Part shown: positions 8,205-16,034 of the stretch, piece after piece
How the letters are laid out: each line of letters opens with the position of its first letter
How positions within the stretch are numbered: position 1 is the stretch's first letter
NCBI GenBank assembly: GCA_016187365.1
Contig: JACPJX010000018.1
Coordinates: 1-34,326, forward strand
Length of the DNA: 34,326 nucleotides
Origin: Candidatus Aenigmatarchaeota archaeon
Lineage (GTDB): Archaea; Aenigmatarchaeota; Aenigmatarchaeia; GW2011-AR5
Direction: 5' to 3'
Position numbers and translations under genes: made by a program
The notes under the pieces: generated by a model
Databases searched by the model: none
What the model saw: only the letters and a program-made list of their open reading frames with translations
What the model was told of the DNA's origin: nothing

Positions 8205-9863
8205 TCATGCCTGTGAAGTGGCGGCTTTCATCAAGAAGCTGATATCGGCCTCGAACGCCGCCACAGGCTTTTCTATGCGCCAGTTGTTTAGGACTTTTGG
8301 ATGGACCTCGCCAACAACACCCGCCAGCTTTTCTTTCACGTAAATCCCGCCGCACCGGCCTTCTATGAAGCTCGGGTGGCAGGACGTCTTTATTCTGTAT
8401 TTGAACCCCAGGCCGTCAAGGAACGCGTCAGCGCATGACGATATGTCTTCGTATCCGGCGTCATTGCCGGAAATTGCGCCGGCCATTTTTGTTATCGTTG
8501 ACGTCCCGTCATCGGATTTTCTGTCCGTCAAAACGCACTCGCCCAGCTCGAATATTTTCTGCGGGAATTCCACATGCATGTTTTTTGAAAGGCATTGCAG
8601 GATGTTCGGCAGCACCCAGTTCCTGATGCATGAATAGTTCTCCGACATGGCATTCTCTATCTCTATCGGGGAAGATTCGGCATTCATTTTTTCACAGACG
8701 CAGTTTTTGCTGGAAAGTATGGCCGACATTATTTCCTGGAAGCCGAGGCCTGTCATTATCCTCCTGCTTTTTTCCGAGAATATTGTGGCGCCTTTCAGGC
8801 TCCCTGCCGTGAAACTGTCTATTCCGAGCTCATTGAAATTTTCATACCCGTATGCTATTGCGATGTCTTCTATCACGTCTGCGTGATGCATGATGTCATT
8901 CCTGTAAGGCGGGATTGCCACGTTGACGGCGTTACCCGAGAATGAGACGCCATACTGCATTCTTTCGAGCAGGGACTTTATTTCATGCTCCTTGAGATCG
9001 ATTCCAAGGATGTCCCTTATCTTTTGCCGGCCGAACGACATTTTCTCGCTGAAATCATATGGTGACTGGACGGATTTTCCGAATTTTGTCGCGACCGGGT
9101 ATCTGGATATTATGGACTCTATATGAGCTCCGCGCTCGAAGAGCGAATATGCAAAGATATTGGCAGCCAGAAGCACGGATTTTTGCTCTGTCCCCGTAAC
9201 TTCCACCATGACGTTCCTCAGGCCCGCAGAGACTTTTCCGAGATAATTGCTGTTTATTATCGGGGGGAACGAAAGCACCTCGTCCTTCAGGTCAACAAGC
9301 AGCGGGTATAGCTTGTGGTTCTGGAGAATGTAGCCGTAATCCCTCCCCTTCGGATGTTCAGACAGTATATCCTTTAGTGTGGCAGGCTTGTCAAAGCCCA
9401 GGGGCACAAACCTGTAGGATGGATTTACAGCCTTGTAATGGACAGGGAATTTTATCATGTCGTAGTTGTATATGCCGACAGATATCTTCTTCCTTTTCTT
9501 CCCGAAATTTTCACCCAGCTTGTCCTGTAGTTGTATCATGTCCAGAAGCAGTTCTTCGTCAACCATGATGTTCTTCGCGGCGAATCCTGAAATGAAAGGC
9601 CTTATGCTTAGAATCTTTCTGTCCACTATGATTTCTTTCCCGCTGCTTTTGGCAGGAAGTTTCTGGAATCTCTTTCCCTTCACAACCCTCGCGATGCCTT
9701 CAGCGCACCAGAGGTCAGGCCTGTTCGTGTCACCTATCTCTATTCTGGCCTTTCCGGCGTTGATTTCTTCTATCTTGCCCTTGGCCAGTTCAAGATCCTC
9801 TTCCCTGAGCCTCCTCCCGGAAAGCTTTTCCAGGGATTTCATCGAGACTTCAATAGTAGGCAT
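8205..9863 (-). CDS. pheT: phenylalanyl-tRNA synthetase beta subunit
   Basis: The protein is 552 aa with the archaeal PheT N-terminus (MPTIEVSMKSLEKL...DTNRPDLWCAEGIAR). Its start overlaps the pheS stop (TAATG). Confidence 0.95.
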   Translation of the reverse strand: MPTIEVSMKSLEKLSGRRLREEDLELAKGKIEEINAGKARIEIGDTNRPDLWCAEGIARVVKGKRFQKLPAKSSGKEIIVDRKILSIRPFISGFAAKNIMVDEELLLDMIQLQDKLGENFGKKRKKISVGIYNYDMIKFPVHYKAVNPSYRFVPLGFDKPATLKDILSEHPKGRDYGYILQNHKLYPLLVDLKDEVLSFPPIINSNYLGKVSAGLRNVMVEVTGTEQKSVLLAANIFAYSLFERGAHIESIISRYPVATKFGKSVQSPYDFSEKMSFGRQKIRDILGIDLKEHEIKSLLERMQYGVSFSGNAVNVAIPPYRNDIMHHADVIEDIAIAYGYENFNELGIDSFTAGSLKGATIFSEKSRRIMTGLGFQEIMSAILSSKNCVCEKMNAESSPIEIENAMSENYSCIRNWVLPNILQCLSKNMHVEFPQKIFELGECVLTDRKSDDGTSTITKMAGAISGNDAGYEDISSCADAFLDGLGFKYRIKTSCHPSFIEGRCGGIYVKEKLAGVVGEVHPKVLNNWRIEKPVAAFEADISFLMKAATSQA

Positions 9864-11155
9864 TAGTAAACAACCTCGCTTTTTCTCAGAAAATTCAGGT
9901 CGTAACTGAACAAATCCCTTATGTCATTTATTCCGGAAGTGGACATGAATATCCTGTCGAGTCCGATTCCCCATGCGAGAACCGGGTGTTTTATGCCAAG
10001 AGGCTGGGTAAGCTCGTGCCTGAATATACCGGCGCCTGCAAGCTCGAGCCAGCCGAATTGCGGGTGCTTCACGAAAAGCTCGCATGACGGCTCCGTGAAA
10101 GGGAAATATCCGGGCCTTATCCTTATCCTGTCCGAATTTGCAAATTCCCTTGCGAACATCTTCAGCAGGCCTATGAGATGCCTTATTGTAAGGTCCTTGT
10201 CTATCACTATGCCTTCAAGCTGGTAGAAGTCCGGCAGATGGGTTGCATCCACTACATCATATCTGAAGCATCTTGCTATGGAGAAATATTTTCCCGGAAC
10301 GTTCGGCCTGCCTGAAAGTGTTCTGGCGGACAATGCCGTGCCTTGGGTCCTGAGTATAAGCCTGTGCGCCCTTTTTACGTCATACTGGTATTCCCATCCT
10401 CGCGACTCAGAAGTGCCGTTTTCATGGGATTTTTTCACGGCATTCAGGATATTTTTATCGAGACTCTTCGCATAGCGTGGTTCTTTCACGAAATATGCGT
10501 CATGTATATCCCTTGCCGCATGGAACTGGTGCATGTAAAGCGCGTCCATATTCCAGAATTCCGTCTCGACTATGGGGCCGTTCATTTCTTCAAAGCCCAG
10601 CCCGACCATCTTGTTTTTTACCCAGTCCAGGAAAGCGGCATAAGGCTGTTTTTTCCCGGGGTATATCTTCCCGCCCACGGCCTCCACGTTGTAAGGCCTT
10701 ATTATAGTTTCTTTCCAGTAGCCGGTTTTTATCAGGTCCTCGTTGAGCGACGAGACTTCGGAGCCTTTGTATTTTTCCGCCCTCCTGCGGGCGTCTTCCC
10801 TGTCTTCCTGTATCAGATTCCTTTGCAGAAGGATTTGGATCGCGCCGTCCGGCAAAGATTCGCCTGAGTATATTTTATTGAGGGCTGATTCGATTTCATA
10901 CGATCCGGGTATTTTTACCAGAACCAGAACACCGTTTCTTACCTCGACCCAGCCGTTTTTCTTCGCCCATTGGATGGCCACGGAGAAATTTTCCATGGAC
11001 TGGGCAGTTTTCATGGGAACGCTGCCGTTTTCGAGCATTTTCAGGAGATTTAACTCGGGAAGGCCTTCACTGAGGTATCTCTTCCCCTCTTCCGTCAGAA
11101 CATAGGGGCCCATGTTGAAATATTCATGAACCAAAGATATAAATGATTCAATCAT
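9863..11155 (-). CDS. pheS: phenylalanyl-tRNA synthetase alpha subunit (probable true start ATG at 11113)
   Basis: The catalytic core carries class II motifs (FRYDVVDATHLPDFYQLEG, GYFPFTEPS, GAGIFRHE...GIGLDR). The coordinates given are the maximal ORF. Promoter geometry favours Met15 as the start. Confidence 0.95.
   Translation of the reverse strand: MIESFISLVHEYFNMGPYVLTEEGKRYLSEGLPELNLLKMLENGSVPMKTAQSMENFSVAIQWAKKNGWVEVRNGVLVLVKIPGSYEIESALNKIYSGESLPDGAIQILLQRNLIQEDREDARRRAEKYKGSEVSSLNEDLIKTGYWKETIIRPYNVEAVGGKIYPGKKQPYAAFLDWVKNKMVGLGFEEMNGPIVETEFWNMDALYMHQFHAARDIHDAYFVKEPRYAKSLDKNILNAVKKSHENGTSESRGWEYQYDVKRAHRLILRTQGTALSARTLSGRPNVPGKYFSIARCFRYDVVDATHLPDFYQLEGIVIDKDLTIRHLIGLLKMFAREFANSDRIRIRPGYFPFTEPSCELFVKHPQFGWLELAGAGIFRHELTQPLGIKHPVLAWGIGLDRIFMSTSGINDIRDLFSYDLNFLRKSEVVY
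11137..11144. promoter_or_regulatory. shared A/T (TATA-like) box between divergent pheS and glyS
   Basis: ATATAAAT (ATTTATAT on the other strand) is centred about 27 nt from the glyS ATG (11167) and about 27 nt from the pheS ATG at 11113. Confidence 0.4.
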
Positions 11156-11166
11156 AAGAGTAACCT

Positions 11167-12657
11167 ATGACAAAGAAGGAAAACCGCATAGAGGAAATAG
11201 CAAGAAGGCGCGGCATATTCTGGCAGTCTTCCGAGATATATGGCGGTGTGTCCGGCCTCTATGACTACGGGCATATAGGGACGCTGATAAAAAGGAAATG
11301 GGAAAACTTGTGGAGAAGATATTTTCTGGGGCTTGATGATAATTTCTTCGAGGTCGAATGCAGGAATATAATGCCAGAGCCGGTGTTCAAGGCGTCCGGC
11401 CATATCGATTCATTTGTGGATCCGATAACAAAATGCAAAAAATGCGGAAGTCTGGAAAGGGCTGACCATCTGGTGGAAAAGAACCTTAATGAAAGTTTCG
11501 AGGGGCTGTCGGCGGATGACCTTACAAAGATGATAAGAAAGCACGGCATAAAATGCCCGAAATGCGGCGGCGGCCTTGATGAGGTCGGGATAATCAACAT
11601 GATGCTGCCGCTTATGCTCGGGGGAAGCTCTCCGGCATACCTCCGGCCTGAAACCGCCCAGGGGGCGTATGTAAGTTTTCTGAGGGAATTCGATGTTTTA
11701 AGAAAGAAGCTTCCTTTGGGGCTTGCAATAGTGGGGCGCGCGTACAGGAACGAGATAAGCCCGAGAAACCTTCTGATAAGGATGAGGGAGTTTGACCAGG
11801 CCGAACTGCAGATATTTTTCAACCCCGGCATGATAAATGAGCACGGAGATTTCGGGCGCGTATCTTCCTATAAACTCCGGGTTATGCCGGTTTCTTCGAG
11901 AAAATCCGGCATAACGCATGAAATATCGTGCAGTGACATGACAAAAAAGCTGCCAAAATTCTATGTTTACCACATGGCAATGATACAGAAATTCTATCTT
12001 GAAATCCTCGGCGTCGCGCCGGAAAAATTCCGGTTCAAGGAGCTCGGTGACGAAGAAAGGGCGTTCTACAACAAATACCACTGGGATATGGAGCTTTGCA
12101 TGGACAGCATGGACGGGTTCAGGGAAGTGGGTGGCATACACTACAGGACTGATCACGACCTTTCCGGGCACATGAAGGTTTCCGGAACTGACATGAATGT
12201 CTTTTCCGACGGAAAAAAATTCATCCCTCATGTTCTTGAACTGTCGTTTGGGGTCGACAGGAATGTATACGCAATGCTTGACATGGGATTCACGGAGGAA
12301 AACGTGAAAGGCGAGGAAAGGGTTATATTCAGGCTTCCAAGGGCGCTGTCGCCTTTTGACTGCGCTGTATTCCCCCTTGTAAACAGGGAGGGGATGGACG
12401 CGAAGGCTGCGGAGATAAAAAGAAACATGGCTTCCATGGGAATGGCTGTTTTTTATGACAGTTCAGGCAGCATTGGCAGGAGATACAGGCGCGCGGATGA
12501 AATCGGCGTCGCCGCATGTATCACGGTTGATTCTGAAACGCTGAAGGACGGGACAGTCACGCTGCGCGACAGGGATTCCATGAAGCAGGTCAGGGTTCAT
12601 GAAAAGGATTTGCCGGAGAAAATAAGGGTGTTTGCATCCGGAGCGGATATATACTGA
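11167..12657 (+). CDS. glyS: glycyl-tRNA synthetase (archaeal/eukaryal class II type)
   Basis: The N-terminus RRGIFWQSSEIYGGVSGLYDYGHIG, the motif RAYRNEISPR and the motif GGIHYRTDHDLSGH are typical of this type. A C-terminal anticodon-binding domain is present. Confidence 0.95.
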   Translation: MTKKENRIEEIARRRGIFWQSSEIYGGVSGLYDYGHIGTLIKRKWENLWRRYFLGLDDNFFEVECRNIMPEPVFKASGHIDSFVDPITKCKKCGSLERADHLVEKNLNESFEGLSADDLTKMIRKHGIKCPKCGGGLDEVGIINMMLPLMLGGSSPAYLRPETAQGAYVSFLREFDVLRKKLPLGLAIVGRAYRNEISPRNLLIRMREFDQAELQIFFNPGMINEHGDFGRVSSYKLRVMPVSSRKSGITHEISCSDMTKKLPKFYVYHMAMIQKFYLEILGVAPEKFRFKELGDEERAFYNKYHWDMELCMDSMDGFREVGGIHYRTDHDLSGHMKVSGTDMNVFSDGKKFIPHVLELSFGVDRNVYAMLDMGFTEENVKGEERVIFRLPRALSPFDCAVFPLVNREGMDAKAAEIKRNMASMGMAVFYDSSGSIGRRYRRADEIGVAACITVDSETLKDGTVTLRDRDSMKQVRVHEKDLPEKIRVFASGADIY

Positions 12658-12694
12658 ATGACATAAATTATTGAACATTTTATAGTGTCATTCA
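12655..12694. terminator. inverted repeat (9-bp arms TGAATGACA/TGTCATTCA) at the glyS stop
   Basis: Read directly from the sequence. It lies between the convergent glyS and CBS genes. Confidence 0.3.
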
Positions 12695-12702
12695 GGATAT
12701 GC

Positions 12703-12738
12703 CAGAGACATTAATTTGTTCAAATATTAATGTCTCTG
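12703..12738. terminator. perfect 13-bp inverted repeat (CAGAGACATTAAT-N10-ATTAATGTCTCTG)
   Basis: Read directly from the sequence. It sits in the convergent intergenic region, so it is a candidate bidirectional terminator or 3'-end hairpin. Confidence 0.4.
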
Positions 12739-12770
12739 AGTATAGAAACTGTCGGGAGGCCATGAGACTG

Positions 12771-13877
12771 TTATTCTTTTTTTCTCCGCTTCATTTTCAT
12801 GTTGCTTTCATGCTTTCTCCCGAGGTGACTTCTGGTCTCCTTCTCGAGATTTTTGAACGCGTCCTGGACGACATCAACCGGGTTCCATCCCGAGGAATGG
12901 GACACGAAAATGCCGTCTTCGGTTATGAATCTGGTTCTTATTGAGTATTTTGATTTGTTCCCCTGCTTGTGGTGCATTTCTACGTGGACGAAAAGGCCCT
13001 GTATGTCACGGAAGCTTTTCCCGAGGCGCTGGACGAATTTTGTCGTCATGGAATCTATCTCGCCCTGGAGTTCCAGGTCATCTGGCATTCCCGTGACCTG
13101 GACGTAGACTTGCTTCATGGGCTTTGTCAGGAAAAGTTCCATTATGTCTTTCGGCGTCACGACGCTGACGCCTTTATCCTCGATTATGACCTGCTCATTG
13201 TTCTGAAGGAGATCTATTACGTTCTTTATTTTTTCATCTCTTCTTACAACAGCCCCGCTGCTCATCACGGTTTCTGCTTTTATCTCTTCCATTCTGGTCT
13301 TTTCTTTGAATCCCTTGTCCCTCGTCCTGGCTCTTGCATCAAACCCGCCCTTTGCTTCGGATGCTTTTATGAGGTCCAGCATGCTAACGACTCCGACTAC
13401 CTTGCCGCCGTCGACTATTGGTATTCTCGAGACGCTGTTGTCGGCCATCATGTGCCTTATTTTTCCTATGTTGTCGCTTCTCGAGGCGTAAACAGGCTTG
13501 GATTTTATCTGGCCTATTTCTGAATCGGCGTCCATGAAGTCGCCGGCTTTTTCTATTATATCGGTCTCTGATATTATCCCTGTTATTCTCCCCCCTTCCA
13601 TCACGGGCAGGGCCCTGGCATTGTTTGATATTATTGACTTCGCTGCGTCTATTATGTCGTCTTCAGGCCTCAGGAACGTGACCCTTCTGCACAGCGTCCC
13701 GATTTTGGTTTTTGAGATGTCTATGTCCTTTGTGACTATGCTTTTCAGCTCTATTATCCCTGAGACGGAGTCTTTGTCCTTCACGACAATCTGGTTTATT
13801 CCATGAGACTTCATCTTCGCCAGGGCGCTGCTTACAAAATCCCCGGCCTCTGAAAAAACGACGTTAAATTCCTTCAA
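12771..13877 (-). CDS. four-CBS-domain protein with C-terminal HPF/RaiA-like (S30AE-like) domain and basic tail
   Basis: Four CBS repeats are present (e.g. GINQIVVKDKDSVSGIIE, ARALPVMEGGRITGIISETDI, SRIPIVDGGKVVGVVSMLDL). The C-terminal ~100 aa follow the beta-alpha-beta-beta-beta-alpha pattern of RaiA. The start is TTG as in the ORF track. Confidence 0.85.
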   Translation of the reverse strand: MKEFNVVFSEAGDFVSSALAKMKSHGINQIVVKDKDSVSGIIELKSIVTKDIDISKTKIGTLCRRVTFLRPEDDIIDAAKSIISNNARALPVMEGGRITGIISETDIIEKAGDFMDADSEIGQIKSKPVYASRSDNIGKIRHMMADNSVSRIPIVDGGKVVGVVSMLDLIKASEAKGGFDARARTRDKGFKEKTRMEEIKAETVMSSGAVVRRDEKIKNVIDLLQNNEQVIIEDKGVSVVTPKDIMELFLTKPMKQVYVQVTGMPDDLELQGEIDSMTTKFVQRLGKSFRDIQGLFVHVEMHHKQGNKSKYSIRTRFITEDGIFVSHSSGWNPVDVVQDAFKNLEKETRSHLGRKHESNMKMKRRKKE

Positions 13878-13922
13878 AAGAATTTAAGATATTCAAGACT
13901 TATATAGTCCTTGACACAGAAA

Positions 13923-14504
13923 TCAGGGCTTATGGCGTGTTATCTGGTAATATGTGCAATCGGCCTCGTTGTCAACGATGGCCCACAGCATTCTTGCCCT
14001 TATGTTGTGGGCAAGCCTCACCGACCTGGAAAGTTCCTGGAATGACATGGTGAAGTCTTCGGGCACGCAGAAAACTATCCATTTGGTGTGCTCCTTTGCG
14101 CTCTTCGGGCCTTTCTTCAGTTGCACCCCTCTCTCGTAAACGCGGAAGTCGCAGCCGAACTTGAAACCGGTCCTTACAAGCAGCCCTCTTTCCCTGAGGT
14201 CCTCATAAACGCGATACCTTTCGACGAACCTCTTGTCAAGCGACGCCGCATGCTCGTAAAGCTCCTGAAAACTCATACTCCTCCCATCTTTTGACACGGC
14301 AATCCTCCCGCGCTTCAGCAGCAGGACGGCCTCGATGAGCGCAAGCTCCAGCCTTTCGCCTACCTGCTTCCCGTAATATCCGGGCTCGTACACCTGCTGC
14401 CAGTTCTCCGCGACTATCACCTTGCTTTCCTCCAGAACCGAAGGTATGTTCTTCACTTTCTCAGGCGGAAGCTGGTTTACTTCTTCATTCTCCTCTTTCG
14501 GCAT
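13923..14504 (-). CDS. endA: tRNA-splicing endonuclease, short (alpha-type) subunit
   Basis: The catalytic domain reads GFKFGCDFRVYERG...KEHTKW...VRLAHNIRARMLWAIVD. An SD-like AGGTGAT lies just upstream of the ATG. Confidence 0.9.
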   Translation of the reverse strand: MPKEENEEVNQLPPEKVKNIPSVLEESKVIVAENWQQVYEPGYYGKQVGERLELALIEAVLLLKRGRIAVSKDGRSMSFQELYEHAASLDKRFVERYRVYEDLRERGLLVRTGFKFGCDFRVYERGVQLKKGPKSAKEHTKWIVFCVPEDFTMSFQELSRSVRLAHNIRARMLWAIVDNEADCTYYQITRHKP

Positions 14505-14610
14505 TTTATCACCTTTTCTAAAGAATTAGACTATTGGCTTCTTTGCTCAAGAAATGCCAGTCCAAGTCTTTTATGATAAGAATAGAAATGATGTCTTTTT
14601 AAATCATGTA

Positions 14611-14728
14611 TGGGAAGGGAGGGATTTGAACCCTCGACGTCACGGTCTTCAGCCGTGTGTTCTTTCCTGCAAACAGGAAAGCAAAAAAATCTTCGCTTTC
14701 TGCTTGTCCCAGACTGAACTACCTTCCC
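14611..14728 (-). tRNA. tRNA-Phe(GAA) with about 43-nt intron in the D-loop
   Basis: The minus strand reads GGGAAGG-TA-GTTC-AGTCTGGGAC[AAGCAGAAAGCG...GCAGGAAA]GAAC-A-CACGG-CTGAAGA-CCGTG-ACGTC-GAGGG-TTCAAAT-CCCTC-CCTTCCC-A. Confidence 0.85.
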
Positions 14729-14732
14729 TCAG

Positions 14733-14875
14733 CGCCTCGGGACGGATTTTCGCCAATCACCCTCTTATGTGTTCTTTGGGGTTCACCAAGACCTTTCTTG
14801 CAAGAAAGGGATTGGTCTCGAACCGTCGACCCTTTGGTTAACAGCCAAATGCTCTACCTGCTGAGCTACCGAGGC
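14733..14875 (-). tRNA. tRNA-Asn(GUU) with about 70-nt intron in the T-loop
   Basis: The minus strand reads GCCTCGG-TA-GCTC-AGCAGGTA-GAGC-A-TTTGG-CTGTTAA-CCAAA-GGGTC-GACGG-TTCGA[GACCAATCCC...TGGCGAAA]AT-CCGTC-CCGAGGC-G. A TTTTTAAA box lies about 30 nt upstream. Confidence 0.8.
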
Positions 14876-14918
14876 AATGTAGAATAACATTTTATGGAAT
14901 GTTTAAAAAGAATGAAAA

Positions 14919-16034
14919 TCAATCGAGAAAATCTTTATTCTTCAGTTTATCCGGTAGATATTCTTCTGACATAAATTTGAGGCCGCGGTGTGACAGGGCT
15001 TCTATCTCAGCCTTTACGCCTTTTTCCAACATGAGGTTTATCTCCTTCTGCCATTTGGGATTCTTCTTGAACCACTCGTATTCCAGTAATTCTTTTGCCC
15101 TCTTTATGTCTACTTCCTTGAGTTTGATGGTGCATTTTTTGAGATTGTAGTTAAATACGTCTGATGTCGTAAGGCCGATAAACTTCGCTTCTGGCGTTGA
15201 TATCCTGTCCGAGACATGCGCAAGACTTATAGAACCTGATTTTATCACCGAATAGATATAAAAACCGTAAGCGTCGTTATCACAAAATACGTATACTGGC
15301 AGGTCATGCTCCGAATTCAGCCGTTGAATAAGAAGCCGTGTGCCTCTGGACGGCTGTCCCCCTGTCCCTACCAATATGCACTTCTGCTTCTGCCAGAACT
15401 TGTCTTCATGCAATCTTTCAAAGCCGGCATTTTTCTCGACAACCAGAACGAACTCGGCGTTCACCTTTTTCAGCTCGATTTCATCTACTGTGCTCGGTAT
15501 CGACCATCCGCCGCTCCCGAGTTTCGACCAGTCTATGCTGTCCCCACGGTCTTCTATAACAACATTGCCTGCGACTATTCCCTTTCTGTCTGTTGTAAGG
15601 TGCAGATTCTCTCTCAGGACGTCTATCGCGACCTCAAGGTCTACTATCAGCGGATCGCTTTCGGCCTGATCATCAAAAGTGTTCTCGTCGCTTTGCGGCA
15701 GCGTCCTCTTCAGGTTGTAGTACATGTCCCTGATGCTCGTGTGTATGTTCTCCTCGAGAAGGGAATTGCAGAATCCGGCCACCATCATGGTCTGCATGAA
15801 CTTCTTGGCATGCGCCACGTTGAAGAAATACCTCTTGGCGCTCTTGTCTCCGAGAGTGAGCTGCCCTGATTTTTTGTCAAAGATGACGTTTGACAGCGTC
15901 CTTAGAGGTATGTCTATGTTGGGGTTCTCGCCTTTGTCTATGTCTGTAAGGACCTTTTCGCCGAGTTTTGACAATTCTTTCCTGACTTCTTTCGTCATTT
16001 CGAAAACCTCATTCTGTCTTATCTTCTTCATCAT
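14919..16034 (-). CDS. top6A: DNA topoisomerase VI subunit A (Spo11 family)
   Basis: The protein is 371 aa with the catalytic Tyr region (SIRDMYYNLKR) and a Toprim region (VVEKNAGF...FCDNDAYG). It overlaps the top6B stop by 26 nt. Confidence 0.95.
   Translation of the reverse strand: MMKKIRQNEVFEMTKEVRKELSKLGEKVLTDIDKGENPNIDIPLRTLSNVIFDKKSGQLTLGDKSAKRYFFNVAHAKKFMQTMMVAGFCNSLLEENIHTSIRDMYYNLKRTLPQSDENTFDDQAESDPLIVDLEVAIDVLRENLHLTTDRKGIVAGNVVIEDRGDSIDWSKLGSGGWSIPSTVDEIELKKVNAEFVLVVEKNAGFERLHEDKFWQKQKCILVGTGGQPSRGTRLLIQRLNSEHDLPVYVFCDNDAYGFYIYSVIKSGSISLAHVSDRISTPEAKFIGLTTSDVFNYNLKKCTIKLKEVDIKRAKELLEYEWFKKNPKWQKEINLMLEKGVKAEIEALSHRGLKFMSEEYLPDKLKNKDFLD

Noticed and set aside
8168-8242. Lys/Arg-rich 24-aa ORF (MPKKRKRKGHDD...) after the MinD-like gene
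   Set aside because: It runs antisense into the pheT 3' end and is very short. Its composition is driven by an A-rich intergenic tract.
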